NCBI GenBank assembly: GCA_951406725.2
Contig: OX597815.1
Location: 191,146,001 to 191,210,000 of the forward strand
DNA length: 64,000 nt
DNA from: Octopus vulgaris
Taxonomy: Eukaryota
Direction of reading: 5' to 3'
Made by a program: the position numbers and the translations under genes. The notes beneath the pieces are model-generated. The model ran no database searches and was not told the origin of the DNA. It was given only the letters and a program-made list of their open reading frames with translations. Positions 1 through 12,507 of the stretch are shown here, in pieces (the stretch's first letter is position 1; each line of letters opens with the position of its first letter).

Positions 1-361
1 ACAGTCCAATGGCTGAAACAAATGGATAACAAATACGACAATTACAATTGATAGTTTTTGGAAACTATTGCATTAAATTGAGGTAATCCTGAGCCATTTT
101 TTCACAGCTTGCCTCTCTCTCCACCAAACTGATGACTATAGCATTTTGTAAAAAGCATATACTTTCTCCCAAAACTCTAAATATTTATGTAACAGAATAA
201 ATTCAAAACCAACTAACTACTTGGTGTTCTACTTATCAACCAATATATTCTCAAGAAAGAGACTAAAGCAGTATCAAATTCTTTGTAACATAATTCAAGC
301 TAAAAATTGAGTCTACTGTATATCTTATTTTTTTACTTTTATTTATATTTTATTATTTTTT

Positions 362-1190
362 CCTTCATTTGTTTCAGTCGGTTGACTGCGGCCATGCTGG
401 AGCACCTCCTTGATGAATTTTTAGTCGAATGAATTGAGACCATTAACTTTTTTTCTTTTATTAAAGCTGGTACTTATTCTATCGGTCTCTTTTTATTCTA
501 AACCACTAAGTTATGGGGATGTAAACGCGCCAACACTGGTTATCAAGCAGTAGTGAGGGACAAACACAAACACACACACACATACACACACGCACACACA
601 TACACACATATATTTCTTTATTGCCCACTAGGGGCTAAACACAAAAAGGACAAACAAGGACAAAGGGATTAAGTCAATTACATCGACCCCAGTGTGTAAC
701 TTGGATTTATTTATTCAACCCCAAAAGGATGAAAGGCAAAGTCAACCTCGGTGGAATTTGAACTCAGAACATAACAGCAAAGGAAATACCTATTTCTTTA
801 CTACCCACAAGGGGCTAAACACAGAGAGGACAAACAAGGACAGACAAATGGATTAAGTTGATTATATCGACCCCAGTGCATAACTGGTACTTAATTTATT
901 GACCCCGAAAGGATGAAAGGCAAAGTCGACCTCGGCTGAATTTGAACTCAGAACATAATGGCAGACAAACTACCGCTAAGCATGTTCGCCAGGCATGCTA
1001 ACGATTCTGCCAGCTCACTGCCCTCACACACACACATACACAACAGGCTTCTTTCAGTTGCTGTCTACCACCGACTCCTCTCACAAGGTTTTGGATGGCC
1101 CAAGGCTATAGCAGAAGGCACTTACCCAAGGTGTCACACAGTGGGACTGAACCTGGAACCATGTGGTTGGGAATGAAGCTTCTTACCACT
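362..1190 (-). mobile_element. tRNA-derived SINE family A (microsatellite-bearing octopus-type SINE) interrupted by two family B SINEs (611-790, 791-1022)
   Basis: Matches the family A body seen ~20x in the window (gactgcggccatgctggagcac...gtgggactgaacc..accatgtggttgg). The central (CA)n is split by two copies of family B (aggatgaaaggcaaagtcgacctcggc). Confidence 0.85.
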
Positions 1191-2199
1191 TCTTGCTACA
1201 CCGATATACCTGCACTTAACCATTTGTTTTATTATGCAGTATAATATAATTTCGATGAATTCATTTTTCCCCCCCTCTTTTTGTAATATTTGTAGTTTAG
1301 TTGCTTAACCCTTTATTGTGATAAATAATGAATCAAAATGATAAAGAATAATGGCTCATACTAGCATATGAAACGAAACAGAAGTATTTGTTTTAAAGTA
1401 TTATAAATTTGAAATATATTTCTTTCACCTAAATATTGGTTAGAATAGCAGATATTGAATATTTTGATATGTTTTTCCTGATATTAGTTTGGATTATTTA
1501 TTAAATCTTTTGATACACATGAAAAATGTGTGTGTGTGTGTGTAAATTTATACATGTATATGTGAAATTAATGCAAAGACAAAAAAAAAAAACAAAAGCA
1601 GCAATGGAAATAGTCTATAAGAGAGCAATAAGATTATTTGCATGGTAAAATTTACTATAATGTCTCAAACTCTCAGAAAATTATGACAACCTCTTTGTGG
1701 CGGGTGGGGCACATCTGCTTATTCCTGAGTTTAAACTAAACATGTAACTGATGTATTACTTTGGTATGTTATGTATATATTACTTTTAAGTTAGAAACAG
1801 TCTGAATCTTATCAGATTTATTATTCAGTACGTAGTTTCTAACAAATATAACAGACCTGCTATAAATCAATATTTTTTTTTTATCCACTCACACACACAC
1901 ACCACATGTGTGTGTGTCTATGTGTGTGCATATAACCTAACAATTTGAAATAAAGTGACAAAAAGTTTGTTTTCAAAGTTACTAGGTAAAAACCACAAAT
2001 GTACGGAAGTCCTGAAAACAGCTGGATCCGAATGTAACAATTTAATTTAGGAAAAACTAAAACTAGGTGGGACTCATCCTTCCTTTGAGAAATTAGATAA
2101 AGTAGACCAGTTTTGAAATATATAAGAAAAGATTAAAAAGAAAATAATCAGGCAGCCATGAAGCGAAGGAAAATTATAATCTCAAAATTTATGTAATGG

Positions 2200-2842
2200 A
2201 CATATTTGATATTAGTTTCAAATCTTAGCATAAAGTCAGTACTTTGAAGAGAGTAGGTCAGTTGATGTACTCAACTGGTACTTTTTTTATCAACTCTAAA
2301 AGGACAAAAAGCTAAGTCAACCATGGCAAAGTTTGAATTCAGAATGTAAAGACGGACGAAATGCCATCAAGCATCTTGCCTGACATGCTAACGATCCTGT
2401 CAGCTCTACATATATAATAATGGTTCCAAATTATGGCACAAGGCCAGCAATTTTGGGAAAGTGGGTAAGTTGATTACATCAACCCCAGTACTTATCTGGT
2501 ACACCTATTTTATCAACCCCCCAAAAGGAATTTGAACTCAGTGCATAAAGACAAGCGAAATGCTACTAAGCATTTTACCCAGCATGCTAACAATTCTACC
2601 AGCTCACTGCCCTTGGGCATATTTAGTATTCTTTTTCTACTCTAGGCACAAGGCCCAAAATTTTGGAGGAGGGGACCAGTCGATTAGATCGACCCCAGTG
2701 TTTTACTGGAACTTAATTTATCAACTCCGAAAGTATGAAAGGCAAAGCCAACCTCGGTGGAATTTGAACTCGGAATGTAAAGACTGACGAAATACTGCTA
2801 AGCATTTTGCCTGGCATGCTAACATTTCTGCCAACTCGCCAT
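2200..2842 (-). mobile_element. Cluster of three degraded family B SINEs (older tail variant)
   Basis: Three repeats of gaatttgaactc...gaaat(a/g)c..taagcatt...gcatgctaac...tgccagctc. Two carry the ggcacaaggcc..aattttg tail. Confidence 0.75.
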
Positions 2843-4269
2843 CATGAGCATATTTAATATTGAATGCTTAGATGTTTTGCAAACAACTTGCACATGCAAG
2901 TGCTACCAGTCAAAAACTCTGCATACCGGAAGCCAGCAAGTGTATGGGGGTCATCAGGAGAGAATTTGCACCATTTTGGGGCCTACCTCTTGATGGCATC
3001 ATTGCATACCCACCCCTCACTGAAATGAGGCCTCGCTTGCTAGGTCAACTGGTTATCAGATCTAGATGATAATAATAAAAGAGACCTAGTTCAAAGTTTG
3101 ATATGGCTTCTTTTTATTTAGTTTGCTTGTTGAAATAGCTGGTATTTTTATTTTTAACCTTTCCAACATCAGTTTAACAGGAAACATTCATAATGTATGA
3201 AATTAACTCAAATACATATTGCCAGTTGTTTTTTTTTTCTTCTTTTCTTGTCTTTTATACTCAGGAAAATAAAACGCAAAATTGACCCCTTTGGCATTTG
3301 AACTCAAAACTGAGAGTTACAACAATATTAAAATGCATTTATCTTGTAATGAAGGCCATTTGTATCCAGTCCATCTTGAAGTGCATTGATATATTGGCTT
3401 TTAACTAAGTTTGGACCTGTTTCACCTTTTGTTGAACACCTGGCAATGTTAGATACTATTAAAAGAATAATGAGTCAGTCGAAATGCTAGCTAGTTACAA
3501 ATGAAGCTAGTAGCATCAATGTGTAGAAAGTTAGCTGGAATATCACTAACTGTAAGCTTATAAATACAGTATATACCAATTTGTATTCCATGAAGCAGCC
3601 CACTCATATTTAACAGTTTTAATTATCTGGAAAAAAAAAAAAATTTGAATGGCCATAATTTTTTCTATGCATATTTTCTTTTTAATCGAAAATTTATAAT
3701 TTGCTCAGAAACTAATAAAGTTCTCTTCTTTTGTTTTTTCTTTGCTTAAAATTTCATCGTTTATATCTTTTTATCATTCAATTATAAAATTGTCTCATTG
3801 GTAGGAGTTTGGCAACAAATTAGCATTTATATTTATGCTATGAAAACATTGTTAAATTAAAGTAAAGATTATCATTTACAAGTTTAATTTGAATTTAACT
3901 GTTTATCTAGATACGGCTTTATTTGATTTACCACCTGACGTTATTTGTTCTAATTCGTTGTGTACGTGTTTGTGTTTGTTTAAATATGAGTTTGTACCGT
4001 TCTCATTAGTAACACTGACGTTGCCAGTTTACACAGAAGATTAACAGTGCAAAACACGTGTCAGAGCCATGGTTGTGGTGTGACCGAAGAACATAATCCA
4101 TGGAAACAGCAGACTTAGAAGAATTCAAATAAACAATTAAGTAGAATTCTTTGAACAGATTTCGGGGACTCAAATGATTCAGATCATTTTGACTGAGAAA
4201 ACAGTTTTATATATAAGAGACAACTGAAATTGCTGGCCTTGTACCAAAATTTAAAACCAAAATTTTACT

Positions 4270-4432
4270 ACATTATTTACATTATTTATATTATTTACAT
4301 TTGATGGGTATTTGTCCTCGTCTTGTTTGTTGTTAACACAACGTTTCGGCTGATATACCATGGGCATATGGCGTAGTGGTTAAGAGCGCGGGATACTATC
4401 CCCAAGATTCCGAGTTCAATTCCAGGCAGTAA

Positions 4433-4471
<39 letters not shown>

Positions 4472-4645
4472 CAACATCAAAAAATACCTTAGGAATGAGA
4501 ACCCAGGTTTGAAATTTCCCCAAGACACCTGATGAAGGCTGGAGGGTATATCAGCCGAAACGTTGTGTTAACAACAAAGATGAGGACAAATTTTCGTCAA
4601 ATGTAAATAATGTATATAATTCCTCATCTCTTAAATATAGAACTG
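4270..4645 (+). mobile_element. Non-autonomous retroelement: inverted terminal arm + tRNA-like head + (AAT)n + hammerhead-bearing Penelope-like 3' part, 12-bp TSD
   Basis: TSD caaaattttact at 4258-4269 and 4646-4657. 4291-4359 is the reverse complement of ~4545-4610. A-box TGGCGTAGTGG (~4369) and B-box GAGTTCAATTCC (~4412). Confidence 0.8.
4524..4569 (+). ncRNA. Minimal type-I hammerhead ribozyme motif (Penelope-type)
   Basis: GACAC-CUGAUGA-A-GGCUG(10-nt loop)CAGCC-GAAA-CG-UU-GUGUU. Helix I GACAC/GUGUU, helix II GGCUG/CAGCC, palindromic AACGUU in place of helix III; predicted cleavage after U4564. Confidence 0.7.
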
Positions 4646-4971
4646 CAAAATTTTACTTTTATAGGAACACAAATACCAATCTTACTTTCTTTAATGCTAA
4701 CATAGTTTATCACTTATACATATGCTATTTTCATTTCATTTGTTGGTAAGACGCGTGATTTATTGTAGTGCCAAACCCTCCCCCACCACCCCATCGACAT
4801 TACTAATGTACAAATCTTTTGGCAATTGTTCTAATACTTGACATTTCCTGGTTTACGTAAATCCATGTTCTCATTGTTCACATTTTACATTGATACTCTC
4901 TACTTTCACCTGAATGCATTTATTTCTTGGAGGAAGCATGGAAAAAAAGTTCTAAGAATCAAAAATAATAT

Positions 4972-5134
4972 GGGTGCAGTCGTGGGTGTGTGGTAAGAAG
5001 TTTGCTTTCCAACCACATGGTTCTGGGTTCAGTCCCACTGCATGACTCCTTGGGCAAGTGTCTTCTACTATAATCTTGGGCCAACCAAAGCCTTGTGAGT
5101 GGATTAGTTGATGGAAACAGAAAAACATCATGTC

Positions 5135-5175
<41 letters not shown>

Positions 5176-5412
5176 AGTGTCTTTGTTTCTGTGTTTGTCC
5201 CCCATCAACACTTGACAGAGGTGTTGGTGTGTTTATGTCCTTGTAACTCAGCAGTTCAGTATAAGACACTGACAAAACAAACACCTGGCTTTTAAAAAAA
5301 AAAACCATTCCTGGGGTCAATTCATCTGATTAAAAATTCTCCGAGGTGGCGCCGCCCCCCCTCCCAACATGCCCCCACCCCTGCACTCTAATGACTGAAA
5401 CAAGTAAAAGAC
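4972..5412 (+). mobile_element. SINE family A
   Basis: tRNA-like head (gtgtggtaagaag...gggttcagtcccactg), CORE-like cttgggcaagtgtctt segment, (TG)n body, tail atgactgaaacaagtaaaag. Confidence 0.85.
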
Positions 5413-6249
5413 GACAGATAAATTGATCTAATAATAATGCTAATAAACCAATTTAATTCTTCAATAATTTGATTCTCTCTTCTACTTCTAGTCAATAAGT
5501 ACTTTAAGACTTTTAAGAGAAAATAACCTATTTTATTTTCACTTTGGTAACCTTTAAAAGTAGTAAATTAACCTTAGTGTTGACTTGATGTCGATTTTAT
5601 CTAGTTAAATATTTAAAATATTCCCTGCTAATTTATTTATGTGTTTACCATTACCATTCCTACCATTATTTCTTATGTAATCTTCAAATGGAAAGTTGTA
5701 GTAATAGTAGTAGTAGTAATCCATTATGTAGCTCCTAATGCCATCTTGAAGTACAATCACTGTGAGAAAGTAGGCAGTGAAGACAAAGATTTAATTGTTA
5801 GGTTGCTAGGTAAGATAGTTAACACTTAACATCAGTTTGCTATTCGCTTTATGAAAGCTAATATTCTGATACATCGAATATATAGCATTTTCACTAAAGC
5901 ATGATTGTTAACTAGTCACTGTTGATTTCTAAGAATAACTTTTGACACTGAAATTTCACTGAGAGGTGGAATGTCGACAGCTTTACTACTTCATGTCCCT
6001 CATTCACAACTGATGCTGTAAGTGGCAAGCCTACCTCTACATATATATATGAAGGCATTGGATGTGAAACATCACATTACAAAGAGGAAATAGGGGAGTA
6101 GACTTAACTTGATGCCCTCAGTACCACCATAAGTTAACTACAATGGAATCATTGTAATCGTATGTAATAAGTGTATCACTATCAGTGATTCATTGGCACA
6201 TTCTGTTCTCATCCTTATATACTAATAATAATAATAGGTGCAGTCATGT

Positions 6250-6740
6250 GACTGTGGCCATGCTGGAACACCGCCTTTAGTCGAGCAAATCGACCCCAGG
6301 ACTTATTCTTTGTACTTATTCTATTGGTCTCTTTTGCCGAACCACTAAGTTACGGGTACGTAAACATACCAGCATCAGTTGGGGGGGACAAACACACACA
6401 CACACACATATATATATATACATATATATATACAACGGGCTTCTTTCAGTTTCCATCTACCAAATTGGTCTCTTTTGCCAAACTGCTAAGTTACGGGTAC
6501 GTAAACACACCAGCATCAGTTGGGGGGGACAAACACAGACACACAAACACACACACACATATATATATACATATATGCAACGGGCTTCTTTCAGTTTCCG
6601 TCTACTAAATCCACTCACAAGGCTTTGGTCGGCCTGAGGCTATAGTAGAAGACACTTGCCCAAGGTGCCACGCAGTGGGACTGAATCCGGAAGCATGTGG
6701 CTGGTAAGCAAGCTACTTACCACACAGCCACCCCTGTGCA
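6250..6740 (-). mobile_element. SINE family A with ~140-bp internal tandem duplication
   Basis: attggtctcttttgcc...taagttacgggtacgtaaaca...caacgggcttctttcagtttcc occurs twice (6323-6462, 6463-6606). Confidence 0.85.
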
Positions 6741-7531
6741 GCATCTGCTTAACTCTCTAAAAGCCAGAGCTGAACACTAACTCTATGGATCTCAGCATTT
6801 GAGAAAAAAAAAGCTTCATATGCAAATGATATTTTGCATATTTCTATATTTGTGTGATATTTTAGTATATACAATAGTGTATTTCTGTGTGATGATAAAA
6901 GTAGTGAAATAAGTATTCACAATATACTTGGGTTAATGCAGTCAGCTGTGCATGATTCCCTGTAGAATGTTGATTTAGTGTATTGTCCAATCAAATCATT
7001 GTTGAATTCTAGAATTCTAAATCCCCTAGCTTAACACAGTTTCCTCTTTGTAGTGTTAATATGAGCCTTGATATAAATCTCTATATTTACGTGCTTTTAA
7101 GATCATGTAAGAACACAGCCAAGCAACCATGTGAAGTAGCTAATATAACAAAATACCCTCAAAGCAGAGGATTAAGTGTTGATGTGTGTGGAATGTGGGT
7201 TGAGAAAGAAGGAGATTATGTAGTTAATCTTTTCTCTATTTTATGTTTGATTTGCTTTTTTGTGTGGATTTTAAGTGTCAAATGATAATTTTTTTTTTCT
7301 TTTAATATCAAACCGTTTACAGATACTTTGTTAGTAAGTACCCAATGTTGATGAGGTGAATAACAGACCTAAAACTTCTGACAGTCATCAACTGCATGGT
7401 ACTATGCTATTTATAACTACTGAGAGTCAACTAATAGACAGACAGATGGGGGTCACATACATGTTACAGTACTTAGCATTTCATTACTCATCACTGTTAT
7501 AAAAACGAAATATGAAGTATTGTAAAATACC

Positions 7532-7762
7532 TATTTCTTTATTACCCACAAGGGGCTAAACATAGAGGGGACAAACAAGGACAGACATAGGTATTAAGTC
7601 GATTACATCGACCCCAGTGCGTAACTGGTACTTAATTTATCGACCCCGAAAGGATGAAAGGAAAAGTCGACCTCGGCGGAATTTGAACTCACAACGTAAC
7701 ACAGACGAAATACCGCTAAGCATTTCGCCTGGCGTGCTAACGTTTCTGCCAGCTCGCCACCT
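7532..7762 (-). mobile_element. Young SINE family B (tRNA head, Nin/Deu-like central domain) with 16-bp TSD
   Basis: TSD agtattgtaaaatacc 7516-7531 / agcattgtaaaatacc 7763-7778. Core resembles GCCTTTCATCCTTTCGGGGTCGATAAATTAAGTACC on the minus strand. Confidence 0.9.
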
Positions 7763-7798
7763 AGCATTGTAAAATACCGCTGTGTATTAAAATGAATC

Positions 7799-8025
7799 CA
7801 TCATTATCATCATCATCATCATCATTTAACGTCCGCTTTCCATGCTAGCATGGTTTGGAGGATTTTGACTGAGGGCTGGCGAACCAGATGGCTGCACCAG
7901 GCTCCAATCTTGATCTGGCAGAGTTTCTACAGCTGGATGCACTTCCTAACGCTCACCACTCTGAGAGTGTAGTGGGTGCTTTTTACGTGCCACCGGCAGG
8001 GGGGCCAGTCAGGCAGTGCTGGCAT
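7799..8025 (-). mobile_element. RTE-clade LINE 3' end with (GAT)n tail
   Basis: Reverse of aaaagcacccactacactc...gcgttaggaag.gcatccagctgtagaaac...atgctagcatggaaagcggacgttaaa(tga)n; the family recurs ~8x. Confidence 0.75.
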
Positions 8026-8064
8026 TGATACATGTCTGCATGTAAAAATAATGTTTTTAACCAT

Positions 8065-8254
8065 TTAACCTTTTAGCATTCAGATTACTCACTCAAATGT
8101 AAGGCTTATTCACATTGTTTTCAATTAATCATGCATTATCTGTTAGCTTCAAGATTTCAATGATGTGATTGTTTAATTTCAGAGTAACATCGTAGGGTAG
8201 GTGTGAGAGGTCAATTTGAACGTAAAAAAGGTAAAATATTTAGGCTGGGGTTAA
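8065..8254. mobile_element. piggyBac-like MITE (TTAA-CC...GG-TTAA), degraded
   Basis: ttaaccttttagcattcagattac...ggggttaa; a second copy lies at 18279-18503. Confidence 0.6.
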
Positions 8255-8476
8255 ACATTTTTTATGATAGGTAAATGTTTCATTTTGGAATTTGTGCAAT
8301 TTACACAACAAAGAAAAAATTGATTTATCAGTGTTTATTAATCATAATATTCTATTTGTGACATTGTGTTTTTATCATCTAATGCTTCTTTTAAAATATT
8401 GGTAGGAGTTGTGAAATTCTAAGGAATAACAATAACAACCTATAATAATAGAAGAAATAATGTCATATATATATAT

Positions 8477-8874
8477 CTTTTACTCTTTTACTTGTTTCAG
8501 TCATTTGACTGCGGCCATGCTGGAGCACCGCCTTTAATCGAGCAACTCGACCCCGGGACTTATTCTTTTTGTAAGCCCAGTACTTATTCTATCGGTCTCT
8601 TTTGCTGAACTGCTAAGTAACGGGGACATAAACACACCAGCATCGGTTGTCAAGCAATGCTAGGGGGACAAACACAGACACACAAACACACACACGCATA
8701 TATACATATATACGACGGGCTTCTTTTCAGTTTCCGTCTACCAAATCCACTCACAAGGCTTTGGTCGGCCCGAGGCTATAGTAGAAGACACTTGCCCAAG
8801 GTGCCACGCAGTGGGACTGAACCCGGAACCATGTGGTTGGTTAGTAAGCTACTTACCACACAGTCACTCCTGCG

Positions 8875-8876
<2 letters not shown>
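8477..8876 (-). mobile_element. Near-consensus full-length SINE family A
   Basis: CpG-intact copy from the head ggcgcaggagtga to the tail gtaaaagagtaaaaga, flanked by TA repeats. Confidence 0.9.
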
Positions 8877-8937
<61 letters not shown>

Positions 8938-10299
8938 ATTATTGTTGTTGTTGTATGACTAGTTTAAACTGATACAAAAAAAAATCCACAGATCACAATA
9001 AAATTCATTAGACAGTTGTCATATTTTAATTTTAATATAAGATGAATGTTGAATTTCCTGACATCATTCACAAGTATCTGAGAATAAGTTCAGACAGAAT
9101 TAGTGAGATTTTGAACGAAATCAAAACAAAATAAATTTGAAGTTTGAACAGAACAATGAATTCCCCACTGATGTTCTCGACAGGGCAGCTGTATTTTATC
9201 TTCATTAACATTGTCATTTTAATTGTTACCATTTAGCATTGATTGAGGAAGCTGCACTCATTCATTTTGTTTTTCCTTTCATTTTCATTGTTTACAAGTG
9301 CCATCAAAGTTGATTACATTTCTAGTTAAAGGAACAAAAATCAATAGCAGTTGATTTGATCAGCTAATAAAGATCAGTTAATGAACCCAATTAATAAACA
9401 TTAAATGATTAACATGGTGAATAGGTATCATAATATGAATGATATCGGCAAATATAAACACATTCATGCTCAATAATGGTGTTATTCAACCATGGAAACT
9501 AAACTGCTGCTGGAACATTCCTTTGATGCTAGCTTTTAAAATTCTTTTACCATCATATTTCTGCCGTGTTTACAATAATTTTTTGAAAATAGTGTGGAAT
9601 AAAATAGTTTGGAAGAATTTAGTTAAAATAAGCAAAACTTTTTAACTGGTATTCAAAATTGATAAAAAATTTCTTACATAAAATTATATAAAACCATGAT
9701 AAAAGATTTAATTGACATATGTGTTCTTTAAAATGAGAGCTTTTGTTTTAAGATAGAGGTGGTTGGTCTCAGATGGTTTGGTATCGTATCAAACGACTTC
9801 TTGTTTGTAGCTGATGTCTCTAACGATTCTAAATATACTGAGGCAGTAGCTATGGCTGGAAGTATAATACTTAATTTTTCTCTGTAGTTCTTCTTACTAC
9901 CATCTCTTGAGCATTGTAATCAGATGTGGGGCAACTACTGTATCACATTTTAGTGCAGCAGCTCTGAAATGTTATCCAATACTGTGCAGCACAGATGGTA
10001 AAGCAACAGACCAAGCAAACAGCCAATCAGGACAAGAAAGCATCGTTTTCTTTATTATCCTAGGAAATAACATGCTGTTGGATCTTCTCCATAAGAGAAC
10101 AATATCACTGAACAATGAATGAGAATTCTATGTATTGTTTGTGTATGGATTTTAAGAAACCTGGAGCTACAGTCTTTTCAACTCAGTCCTGTTGGCATAC
10201 ACAGAAAAATGCATATAACCTTTTGAATTTCTACAGTTCATTGTCATTGACTTTAACAAGTCTAATTTAATTCAACTGACATTCTGTTAGTTATAAAAA

Positions 10300-10575
10300 G
10301 GGTTCCAGTCGCTTCTGAAATTAACGTACACATGGTTGAGCAATTCACAGATACACGTACCCTCAACATAGTTCTCAGAGAGATTCAGCATAACACAGAA
10401 TGTGACAAAGGTGGACCTTTAAAATACAGATACTACTCATTTTTGCCAGCTGAGTGGACTGGAGCAATGTGAAATAAAGTGTCTTGCTCAAGGACGCATT
10501 GCACTGCTAGGTATTGAACTTGTAACCTTACAATCGTGAGCCAGATACCTTATCCACTTGACCAAACACCTTCAC
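10300..10575 (-). mobile_element. SINE family C (tRNA head + Meta/CORE-like body)
   Basis: Reverse of gtccttgagcaagacactttatttcacattgctccagtccactcagctggcaaaaatgagt; tail ggaacc. Confidence 0.75.
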
Positions 10576-10587
10576 TCTAATCTAATT

Positions 10588-10942
10588 CGTGGCACTCTAT
10601 CAGTTGCAACAACAAAGGTTCCAGTTGATCCGATCAGCAAAACAGCCTGCTCGTGAAATTAACCTGCAAGTGGCTGAGCACTCCACAGACATGTGTAACC
10701 TTAGTGTAGTGTGACAAGGCTGGCCCTTTGAAATACAGGTACAACAGAAACAGGAAGAAAGAGTGAGAGAAAGTTGTGATGAAAGGGTACAGCAGGGTTC
10801 ACCACATCCTCTGCCAGAGCCTCACGGAGCTTTTAGGTGTTTTCACTCAATAAACACTCACAATACCCAGTCTGGGAATCGAAACTGTGATGCTGCAATG
10901 ACGAGTCTACTACCCTAACCACTGGGCCATTGCGCTTCCACA
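10588..10942 (-). mobile_element. Hybrid tRNA-SINE (family D body + family C tail), 11-bp TSD
   Basis: TSD ctaatctaatt 10577-10587 / 10943-10953. Head gtggaagcgcaatggcccagtggttaggg...gtttcgattccc. Confidence 0.8.
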
Positions 10943-11400
10943 CTAATCTAATTATATATAGGTTGAATATCTGTAATTTCTTTATACCTTGAGTGTAGCT
11001 TTTGTATAGTTACCTCTCAATCTTTATTGCAGAATATTCATGTAAATCATTATTTCTTTTAGAAAAATGAGCATTATGCATATTTTCTCTCTCATGAAAT
11101 ATTAAGTTAGTATCCTATCTTGGTAAATAGTTAAAAATCTATTGTGAAGAGGGATTGAGATTGTATGATATTCATGCCTTTCTCTTTCTCTATCACTGAT
11201 ATTAGGAGGGCTAGTGAATTCGGCTAGTTTCAGCTGAGAACTTAAACCATCTGGCAAATTCATTTAGCATAGGACTTCTCCTTTCTTTACAACAACACTT
11301 ACTATTCATAAAATGTTGTTGTTGTTGTTCTTGTTTAACCCCAGGTCAGCCCTGATTGAGCAGACTTATAATAAAATGCACTCCAGTCTGTTCTTTCATT

Positions 11401-11903
11401 CTTTTATTTGTTTCAGTCATTTGACTGTGGCCATGCTGAGGCACCTCATTTAGTCAAACAAATCGACCCCAGGACTTATTCTATCAGTCTCTTTTGCCCA
11501 ACCGCTAAATTACAGGGGACATAAACACACCGACACCAGTTGTCAAGCAATGGTAGGGAACAACACAGACACACGAGCGTCCAATAATACTTTATTTGTT
11601 CCACGTCCTCTCGTTGCTGTGTTTTTTTGTGTTTTCTTGTTTGGATTAACTATATATATATATATATGACGGGCTTCTTTCAGTTTATTTCTTTATTGCC
11701 CACAAGGGGACAAACAAGGACAGTCACACGGATTAAGTCGATTACATCGACCCCAGGGTGTAACTGGTACTTATTTAATCGACCCCAAAAGGATGAAAGG
11801 CAAAGTCGACCTCGGCAGAATTTGAACTCAGAAACGTAATGGCAGACGAAATACCGTTAAGCGTTTTGCCCGGCGTGCTAATGTCTCTGCCAGCTCGCCA
11901 CCT
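11401..11903 (-). mobile_element. Partial SINE A (with unclassified insert ~11575-11655) abutting SINE B (11685-11903)
   Basis: Family A and family B diagnostic motifs are both present. Confidence 0.75.
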
Positions 11904-11936
11904 ATACCAGAAAATACCACTAACTAGATTACAATC

Positions 11937-12216
11937 TGTTGTGTCTGGAGAGAGTCATTTTCATTTTGTGCCTTATAATTTAACACACTCACCAATAAAA
12001 TTTCCACATTTCTTATTTTTATTTTCCTAAAATTTTCGTTGCGTCTTGCAACAAAAATTTTAGGAAAATAAAAATAAGAAATAAGTAGAAATTTTACCTG
12101 TGAGTGTTTTAAATTATAAGGCACAAAAAGAAAATGATTCTCCCCAGACACAACAGAATATGCTTCAACACACGAACTCATACAAAGAATCTTGCAAACC
12201 AAATCCAAAAACAAAA
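11937..12216. mobile_element. TSD-bounded foldback element, Penelope-like remnant
   Basis: TSD tagattacaatc 11925-11936 / 12217-12228. ~105-bp inverted arms centred on gttgc-gtctt-gcaac, plus a ~60-bp unpaired extension. Same family as 58702-58969. Confidence 0.7.
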
Positions 12217-12507
12217 TAGATTACAATCATTTTATCAAGACTGGAATGTTAACATATTATATTTCCTGTTGATTGCTAGATTAAGTATTTTGCTCATTCT
12301 TCATCAAAATATGAAATCTATTGTTACTTGATATATTCTCCATACAGAAGTTTTAGTTTACAAATTACTTTTTGTTATTTTATTGTTCATTACCAAACAT
12401 TTTATATCTTTTAACTAACTTCAAAGCTATTTCTTGTATTTTAAGTTTCCTATAGTTCATATATTTTTGTTGTTTCTTTCTCTCCATAAATATATATATA
12501 TGTGTGC

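Noticed and set aside
4009-4118. Plus-strand terminal exon candidate (ctcattag|..NTDVASLHRRLTVQ..*), and similar weak frames at 9730-10000
   Set aside because: Short open frames are expected by chance; no independent support.
8657-8962. Recurrent peptide family 'RRHLPKVPRSGTEPGTMWLVSKLLTT' in many ORFs
   Set aside because: Antisense translation of SINE family A; not a gene family.
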